Source: a virus (Duplodnaviria; Heunggongvirae; Uroviricota; Caudoviricetes). From it: DNA of 5,125 nt. The position numbers and the translations under genes are program-made. This document shows, piece after piece, positions 1-5,125 of the stretch (position 1 is the first letter of the stretch; each line of letters starts with the position of its first letter). Below the pieces are notes generated by a model. The model was not told where the DNA came from. It made no database searches and saw nothing but the letters and a program-made list of their open reading frames with translations. The DNA is taken from IMG/VR virus record IMGVR_UViG_2690316099_000009; one strand, given 5' to 3'.

Positions 1-2658
1 CCGACACCAATCCGGCTGGTCGCCTCCTTCGTGAAGACAAACTCCCCGCGATGAACAATCCCCGCAGGTTCATATTTACCCCCCGTCCCCGTAAATCCCC
101 CGGTCGCGAAATGGAAGTTCGCCGCCGCAGCCTGAATGGCCGTCCCCGTGGAGGCAGACGCACCACCACCGAAAGCACCGCCAATGGCGCTGCCGATACT
201 CCCGACTATCCCCACCATCGCCTGCTTCAGAAAAATCTCTGTCAGCATGGACAGCACAGAACGGGTGAAACCACGCCAGTTCTGTTCGCTGCCGATCAGC
301 ATCGCTGCCATATTCTGTGCAATACCGTCAAAGGTCTGCGTGGCCGCGTTTTTAACCTGCGAAAAACTGTCCGTCGCACTTTCCGCCCACTCGCCCCAGC
401 CGGACTTCATCCCGGCCATCCAGCTTCCACGAAGCTGCTCCTCCGCAGACCAGGTGTTCTTCAGTGCAGATGTGGCCTTCGCCAGCGCAGCCGGATTATC
501 ACCGTACACCTCNNNNNNNNNNNNNNNNNNNNNNNNNNNNNNNNNNNNNNNNNNNNNNNNNNNNNNNNNNNNNNNNNNNNNNNNNNNNNNNNNNNNNNNN
601 NNNNNNNNNNNNNNNNNNNNNNNNNNNNNNNNNNNNNNNNNNNNNNNNNNNNNNNNNNNNNNNNNNNNNNNNNNNNNNNNNNNNNNNNNNNNNNNNNNNN
701 NNNNNNNNNNNNNNNNNNNNNNNNNNNNNNNNNNNNNNNNNNNNNNNNNNNNNNNNNNNNNNNNNNNNNNNNNNNNNNNNNNNNNNNNNNNNNNNNNNNN
801 NNNNNNNNNNNNNNNNNNNNNNNNNNNNNNNNNNNNNNNNNNNNNNNNNNNNNNNNNNNNNNNNNNNNNNNNNNNNNNNNNNNNNNNNNNNNNNNNNNNN
901 NNNNNNNNNNNNNNNNNNNNNNNNNNNNNNNNNNNNNNNNNNNNNNNNNNNNNNNNNNNNNNNNNNNNNNNNNNNNNNNNNNNNNNNNNNNNNNNNNNNN
1001 NNNNNNNNNNNNNNNNNNNNNNNNNNNNNNNNNNNNNNNNNNNNNNNNNNNNNNNNNNNNNNNNNNNNNNNNNNNNNNNNNNNNNNNNNNNNNNNNNNNN
1101 NNNNNNNNNNNNNNNNNNNNNNNNNNNNNNNNNNNNNNNNNNNNNNNNNNNNNNNNNNNNNNNNNNNNNNNNNNNNNNNNNNNNNNNNNNNNNNNNNNNN
1201 NNNNNNNNNNNNNNNNNNNNNNNNNNNNNNNNNNNNNNNNNNNNNNNNNNNNNNNNNNNNNNNNNNNNNNNNNNNNNNNNNNNNNNNNNNNNNNNNNNNN
1301 NNNNNNNNNNNNNNNNNNNNNNNNNNNNNNNNNNNNNNNNNNNNNNNNNNNNNNNNNNNNNNNNNNNNNNNNNNNNNNNNNNNNNNNNNNNNNNNNNNNN
1401 NNNNNNNNNNNNNNNNNNNNNNNNNNNNNNNNNNNNNNNNNNNNNNNNNNNNNNNNNNNNNNNNNNNNNNNNNNNNNNNNNNNNNNNNNNNNNNNNNNNN
1501 NNNNNNNNNNNNNNNNNNNNNNNNNNNNNNNNNNNNNNNNNNNNNNNNNNNNNNNNNNNNNNNNNNNNNNNNNNNNNNNNNNNNNNNNNNNNNNNNNNNN
1601 NNNNNNNNNNNNGGACGACCGATATCCAGAATGGCATCCCACATCGATTTGAATGCCTTCCCTGTTTTATCCGCCCAGGTCTCCAGTGTTCCCATGTTTT
1701 CTTTCAGGCGACGGGTCTGCTCATCAAAGCCTTTCGTGGCGATATCGTTCGCCGCCTGCAATGCCCCGGCCTCGTCTCCGGAACGCTGCAGCTGTGCAAC
1801 ATACGCAATCTGCTCTGCCGTCACGTTACGGAACTGGCGCGCCATCGCCATCAGTCCCGACGTCGGGTCAGTGGTCAGCTTCCCGAAGGCTTCAGCGACT
1901 TTATCCACCTCCACACCGGATGCAGACGCAAAACGCGCGACACTCTGGTTGATGGCATCAAACTGTTCACCACCACGCACACCGGCATTCACCAGGGCTG
2001 CCAGTGACTCTCTCGCCTGGTTAAACGTCAGCCCTGCTGCCTGCCCGGCTCTTGAGAGAGTCAGCATACGATCGGCAGTCAGTCCGGACTGATTACCGGA
2101 AAGAACCAGGGTTTTATTAAACNNNNNNNNNNNNNNNNNNNNNNNNNNNNNNNNNNNNNNNNNNNNNNNNNNNNNNNNNNNNNNNNNNNNNNNNNNNNNN
2201 NNNNNNNNNNNNNNNNNNNNNNNNNNNNNNNNNNNNNNNNNNNNNNNNNNNNNNNNNNNNNNNNNNNNNNNNNNNNNNNNNNNNNNNNNNNNNNNNNNNN
2301 NNNNNNNNNNNNNNNNNNNNNNNNNNNNNNNNNNNNNNNNNNNNNNNNNNNNNNNNNNNNNNNNNNNNNNNNNNNNNNNNNNNNNNNNNNNNNNNNNNNN
2401 NNNNNNNNNNNNNNNNNNNNNNNNNNNNNNNNNNNNNNNNNNNNNNNNNNNNNNNNNNNNNNNNNNNNNNNNNNNNNNNNNNNNNNNNNNNNNNNNNNNN
2501 NNNNNNNNNNNNNNNNNNNNNNNNNNNNNNNNNNNNNNNNNNNNNNNNNNNNNNNNNNNNNNACCTGAAAAATGACGCCTTACCCGGCTCATCTNNNNNN
2601 NNNNNNNNNNNNNNNNNNNNNNNNNNNNNNNNNNNNNNNNNNNNNNNNNNNNNNNNNN
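1..2658 (-). CDS. H: Tail length tape measure protein, lambda gpH-like; partial, 3' end lies beyond window position 1; start is inside the 2595-3145 mask and the 2658 coordinate is an estimate
   Basis: Minus-strand translation of 2563-2592 gives MSRVRRHFSG (lambda H has an internal MARVRRHFSG about 22 aa from its N-terminus). 1613-2122 gives FNKTLVLSGNQSGLTADRMLTLSRAGQAAGLTFNQ...KAFKSMWDAILDIGR, closely matching lambda H. 1-512 gives EVYGDNPAALAKATSALKNTWSAEEQLRGSWMAGMKSGWGEWAESATDSFSQVKNAATQTFDGIAQNMAAM...IVHRGEFVFTKEATSRIGVG, matching the lambda H C-terminal region with about 80 aa still missing beyond the window. Codon frame differs between the 1613-2122 and 1-512 segments (see findings). 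Confidence 0.85.
513..1612. other. N-masked / undetermined block (1100 nt) inside the tape measure gene
   Basis: Run of n characters seen directly. Confidence 1.
2123..2562. other. N-masked / undetermined block (440 nt) inside the N-terminal part of the tape measure gene
   Basis: Run of n characters; H frame is consistent on both sides. Confidence 1.
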
Positions 2659-3145
2659 NNNNNNNNNNNNNNNNNNNNNNNNNNNNNNNNNNNNNNNNNN
2701 NNNNNNNNNNNNNNNNNNNNNNNNNNNNNNNNNNNNNNNNNNNNNNNNNNNNNNNNNNNNNNNNNNNNNNNNNNNNNNNNNNNNNNNNNNNNNNNNNNNN
2801 NNNNNNNNNNNNNNNNNNNNNNNNNNNNNNNNNNNNNNNNNNNNNNNNNNNNNNNNNNNNNNNNNNNNNNNNNNNNNNNNNNNNNNNNNNNNNNNNNNNN
2901 NNNNNNNNNNNNNNNNNNNNNNNNNNNNNNNNNNNNNNNNNNNNNNNNNNNNNNNNNNNNNNNNNNNNNNNNNNNNNNNNNNNNNNNNNNNNNNNNNNNN
3001 NNNNNNNNNNNNNNNNNNNNNNNNNNNNNNNNNNNNNNNNNNNNNNNNNNNNNNNNNNNNNNNNNNNNNNNNNNNNNNNNNNNNNNNNNNNNNNNNNNNN
3101 NNNNNNNNNNNNNNNNNNNNNNNNNNNNNNNNNNNNNNNNNNNNN
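2595..3145. other. N-masked / undetermined block (551 nt) covering most of T and the H start
   Basis: Run of n characters seen directly. Confidence 1.
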
Positions 3146-3599
3146 CGCGCCAGTCTGAGGGCAAAGTTCAGCTCGCCGTCGAAGACTTTCCCGCAGAAAA
3201 ATCATCATCAGTCAGCGTGTTATTTTTCGCCACTTCAGTAATATCAGTATCCGGACGAACAGCTTCGATCATCCCGGACAGGCACAACACCACGTCTTCC
3301 GCCCGGGCAATGGCATCGGCAGGCCAGGTGGTGAGCACTTCCTGCTCTATCTTCATCACGGCCTCATTCATTGACGGTGACTGCGTTTTCTGTGGATGGT
3401 TATGCCACAGGGACATCGCCACCAGAAACGCGCCGGTTCTGACGAGATCTTCCACGCTTACCTGCAGGTTGCCGCTGGATTCTGCCTGTTCTGCACGCCG
3501 TTTCAGGAGGGCAAGATGCTCGATACGCTGCAGCGCAGACAATTCGGAAAGCGTGACAGACACACCGTTATATTCAAATTGTTCTGTTTTCAGAAACAT
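2760..3599 (-). CDS. T: Tail assembly chaperone G-T fusion made by programmed -1 ribosomal frameshift at 3186-3192; the T part is almost entirely masked and the 3' end coordinate is an estimate based on lambda T length
   Basis: After the slippery heptamer the -1 frame reads VFDGELNFALRLA before entering the N-run, matching my recollection of the lambda gpGT junction (VFDGELSFALKLA). There is no stop in that frame in the readable bases 3146-3186. Confidence 0.55.
3168..3599 (-). CDS. G: Tail assembly chaperone, lambda gpG-like
   Basis: 143-aa ORF MFLKTEQFEYNGVSVTLSELSALQRIEHLALLKRRAEQAE...FSAGKSSTAS with strong similarity to lambda gpG. ATG at 3599-3597 is preceded by GGAGG (3610-3606) with 6-nt spacing; TGA stop at 3170-3168. 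Sits immediately downstream of V as in lambda. Confidence 0.93.
   Translation of the reverse strand: MFLKTEQFEYNGVSVTLSELSALQRIEHLALLKRRAEQAESSGNLQVSVEDLVRTGAFLVAMSLWHNHPQKTQSPSMNEAVMKIEQEVLTTWPADAIARAEDVVLCLSGMIEAVRPDTDITEVAKNNTLTDDDFSAGKSSTAS
3186..3192 (-). other. Programmed -1 ribosomal frameshift slippery heptamer G GGA AAG (G/T recoding site)
   Basis: Minus-strand sequence 3200->3168 is ttt tct gcg gga aag tct tcg acg gcg agc tga. The heptamer GGGAAAG sits 6 codons before the G stop, the same position and sequence as the lambda G-T slip site, and the -1 frame stays open into T. Confidence 0.85.
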
Positions 3600-3605
3600 G
3601 TATTA

Positions 3606-3610
3606 CCTCC
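3606..3610 (-). promoter_or_regulatory. Shine-Dalgarno (GGAGG) for G
   Basis: Minus-strand TAA-acGGAGGtaatac-ATG between the V stop (3615-3613) and the G start (3599). Confidence 0.7.
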
Positions 3611-3612
3611 GT

Positions 3613-4386
3613 TTACCCTGCAGCGCCCGCTTCAGTAACGGTGACTTCAGCCACTGCGGCGAACTGACCATTTCCGCTCACCACAGGGATCTGCACCTTA
3701 CCTGTCGCCACGCCGTTTACCGTAATTGTCATATCTTTCACACTAATGGTGGCTTTCGACGGATCGGCGGAAACCGCTCTGAACGTCTTGTCGGTTGCAC
3801 TTTCCGGCTCAAAAGAAACCGTCAGGGTGGTTGTTTTCCCTTTTGCCACCGTACCGGATGTCGGCGTCACCTTAATCGCACTGACCGGCGTAATTTTGCT
3901 GCGTTCTTCCGCTACAGAAGGTTTACCCACGTTAGTGACTTTCACCGTGCGGGTGATCACTTCTTTCGCCGTCACGGCCTTACCGATACTGCTGACCCAG
4001 CCACGAAACACATCCACCGTGCCATTCGGAAAACGGATTTTATAGGCCCGGACATCGCCGCTTTCAANNNNNNNNNNNNNNNNNNNNNNCCAGCCTATAA
4101 GCCCTTTCTGGCCTTCCTCTCCCGGTTTCCAGGCCAGCGTAAAACTGGTATCACCTGCAGATTTCTGCCCCTGCCCGGTCGCGCTCCAGTCCGCGTCTTC
4201 ATCATCCAGGTAGTTATCATCATAGGATTCAGCCGTCATCTCGCCCGGCGTCAGATCCTTCACCTTAGCCAGTCGCTGCCAGTCATCGTCTGACAACGGG
4301 TTTGCATAAGCATCAGCCTTGCCGTTGTAAACCCACAGAGTGGTACCGGCACCTTTTACCGGCTCCAGGGGATTTGGTGTTGCCAT
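3613..4386 (-). CDS. V: Major tail tube protein, lambda gpV-like, with C-terminal Ig-like (Big_2-type) domain; contains a 22-nt N-run at 4068-4089
   Basis: 257-aa [70 protein letters not shown]...[42 protein letters not shown]...[33 protein letters not shown], near-collinear with lambda gpV. ATG at 4386-4384 preceded by GAGGA (4395-4391); TAA stop at 3615-3613. Frame is preserved across the N-run (22 N + 2 nt = 8 codons). Confidence 0.95.
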   Translation of the reverse strand: MATPNPLEPVKGAGTTLWVYNGKADAYANPLSDDDWQRLAKVKDLTPGEMTAESYDDNYLDDEDADWSATGQGQKSAGDTSFTLAWKPGEEGQKGLIGWXXXXXXXXESGDVRAYKIRFPNGTVDVFRGWVSSIGKAVTAKEVITRTVKVTNVGKPSVAEERSKITPVSAIKVTPTSGTVAKGKTTTLTVSFEPESATDKTFRAVSADPSKATISVKDMTITVNGVATGKVQIPVVSGNGQFAAVAEVTVTEAGAAG

Positions 4387-4390
4387 ATCG

Positions 4391-4395
4391 TCCTC
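4391..4395 (-). promoter_or_regulatory. Shine-Dalgarno (GAGGA) for V, overlapping the U stop codon
   Basis: Minus-strand atgTGAGGAcgatATG: the U stop TGA (4396-4394) overlaps the GAGGA, 4 nt upstream of the V ATG. Confidence 0.7.
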
Positions 4396-4789
4396 ACATC
4401 TCGTATGTAATGGAATAAGTCAGATCCGCAGAGCTCCATAACGCCATATCGTCATCACGACGATACTCATAGCCCTGCGTAACCATCGTGGTAATCAGTC
4501 CTGCCAGTGCAGGGATCGCAGTCATCGCCGGATAAATCCGGCTTTCCATCCACTGATCGAGCTCCGAATCAGGTACCTGTGCCGGTAAAAACACCTCAAT
4601 ATGCAGTGTGGCCCGCCAGGTATCTGCATCCAGCTCTTCACCGGTATACTCTGCATCCGTCAGATAAACCGCGATCGCAGGAAAATCCTCTTCGTCAAAA
4701 ACAACGGGGCGACCATCAAACAGCGTCGCCCCGTGTTCATGCTGCTCGAGTGCATCCAGCACTGCGGCACGAATGTCAGTGTGTTTCAT
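4394..4789 (-). CDS. U: Tail terminator (tail tube terminator) protein, lambda gpU-like
   Basis: 131-aa [134 protein letters not shown], highly similar to lambda gpU along its full length. Its ATG (4789-4787) overlaps the upstream gene's TGA (4788-4786) as ATGA. Confidence 0.95.
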   Translation of the reverse strand: MKHTDIRAAVLDALEQHEHGATLFDGRPVVFDEEDFPAIAVYLTDAEYTGEELDADTWRATLHIEVFLPAQVPDSELDQWMESRIYPAMTAIPALAGLITTMVTQGYEYRRDDDMALWSSADLTYSITYEM

Positions 4790-5125
4790 CGTTTTATCGC
4801 AATCCTCAGTTGTTGTTTCAGCGCGTATGCCAGTTCTTTAGGCAGGCGTTCACGCCGGATACGGTCAACATTCTCATCAAATGCCTGTTTCAGTGGGGCC
4901 GCCATCGGGATTTTCACCACCTGAATGGGAAGGCGATTACGCTTTTTCCTTCCCTTGTCGTCATTGCCCTCCTCATATCTGGCCTGGGGAAGACGTTGCA
5001 TAACATGCCAGCGCCCATTATTTAATCGCTGGNNNNNNNNNNNNNNNNNNNNNNNNNNNNATCGCTGGATAAATGCCCGCTGATAACGATGCTGACCGGC
5101 TTTGAGTATGCTGTTCGGACGACGC
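4786..5125 (-). CDS. Z: Tail completion protein, lambda gpZ-like by position; partial, 5' end beyond the window; contains a 28-nt N-run at 5033-5060
   Basis: Open frame ending ...[84 protein letters not shown], immediately upstream of and overlapping U, the position of Z in lambda. The same frame modulo 3 is open in 5061-5125 (RRPNSILKAGQHRYQRAFIQR). Assignment rests on synteny; I cannot recall the lambda Z sequence well enough to confirm by similarity. Confidence 0.7.
   Translation of the reverse strand, partial: RRPNSILKAGQHRYQRAFIQRXXXXXXXXXXQRLNNGRWHVMQRLPQARYEEGNDDKGRKKRNRLPIQVVKIPMAAPLKQAFDENVDRIRRERLPKELAYALKQQLRIAIKR

Noticed and set aside
1653-1952. 99-aa plus-strand ORF
   Set aside because: Antisense to the strongly supported H segment; Pro/Ser/Arg-rich composition typical of a spurious frame.
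51-2092. Long plus-strand ORFs (51..1652, 136..2007, 464..2092) and the minus-strand ORF 461..1642
   Set aside because: Their length comes almost entirely from N-runs translated as X. The readable parts are antisense or out of frame relative to the well-supported H gene, are low-complexity (Arg/Pro/Cys-rich) and have no homology-like content.
513-3145. Possibility that the masked blocks hide an inserted accessory or defence cassette
   Set aside because: Cannot be supported. The masked spans are largely filled by the expected T and H coding lengths, and the flanking readable sequence is collinear with lambda. Only the roughly 85-115 codon H excess and the frame offset are unexplained, and those are reported as findings instead.
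2117-3208. Minus-strand ORFs 2117..3208 and 2589..3164 reading through the masked blocks
   Set aside because: N-run artefacts. 2589..3164 is in the G frame after the G stop and begins at a TTG; the real downstream reading frame is the -1 frame (T) entered at the slippery site.
4041-4099. 7-bp inverted repeat (tataggc / gcctata) flanking the V N-run as a possible insertion or recombination site
   Set aside because: Both copies fall in coding sequence of conserved V motifs (AYKIRF and GLIGW codons) and a 7-bp match is expected by chance; no other hallmark of a mobile insertion.
2572-4293. 573-aa plus-strand ORF starting MTPYPAH
   Set aside because: Antisense to the H start, G and V; its length is inflated by the 551-nt N-run and the readable translation is Cys/Arg-rich nonsense typical of antisense frames.
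3396-5025. Small plus-strand ORFs 3396..3638, 3746..4045, 4507..5025, 4601..4924
   Set aside because: All lie antisense within G, V, U or Z, lack convincing ribosome-binding sites and have no recognisable protein features; expected background in roughly 55% GC sequence.
1-5125. CRISPR arrays, tRNA or other RNA genes, promoters or terminators within the module
   Set aside because: No repeat-spacer periodicity, no tRNA-like cloverleaf candidates, and no intrinsic-terminator hairpin with a U-tract noticed in the readable bases; lambdoid late operons are transcribed from a distant upstream promoter, so absence is expected.

Overview
The readable parts of this window are the tail-morphogenesis module of a lambda-like (lambdoid) siphovirus or prophage, all encoded on the minus strand. 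In transcription order (high to low coordinates) it runs: 3' end of a gpZ-like tail-completion gene, gpU tail terminator, gpV major tail tube protein with its C-terminal Ig-like domain, gpG tail assembly chaperone, the conserved G-T programmed -1 frameshift site, and the gpH tape measure gene, which runs off the window start. Gene calls rest on strong by-eye similarity to my recollection of phage lambda proteins, with no search run, and on the syntenic order Z-U-V-G-T-H with tight or overlapping junctions. About 2.1 kb of the window is N-masked (513-1612, 2123-2562, 2595-3145, 4068-4089, 5033-5060), hiding the body of T, the H start and a large central part of H. All plus-strand ORFs in the supplied track are antisense or N-run artefacts. 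I see no support in the readable bases for a novel defence or accessory system. The points worth a second look are an apparent reading-frame discontinuity in H across the 1100-nt mask, an H that appears longer than lambda H, and short masks inside V and Z.
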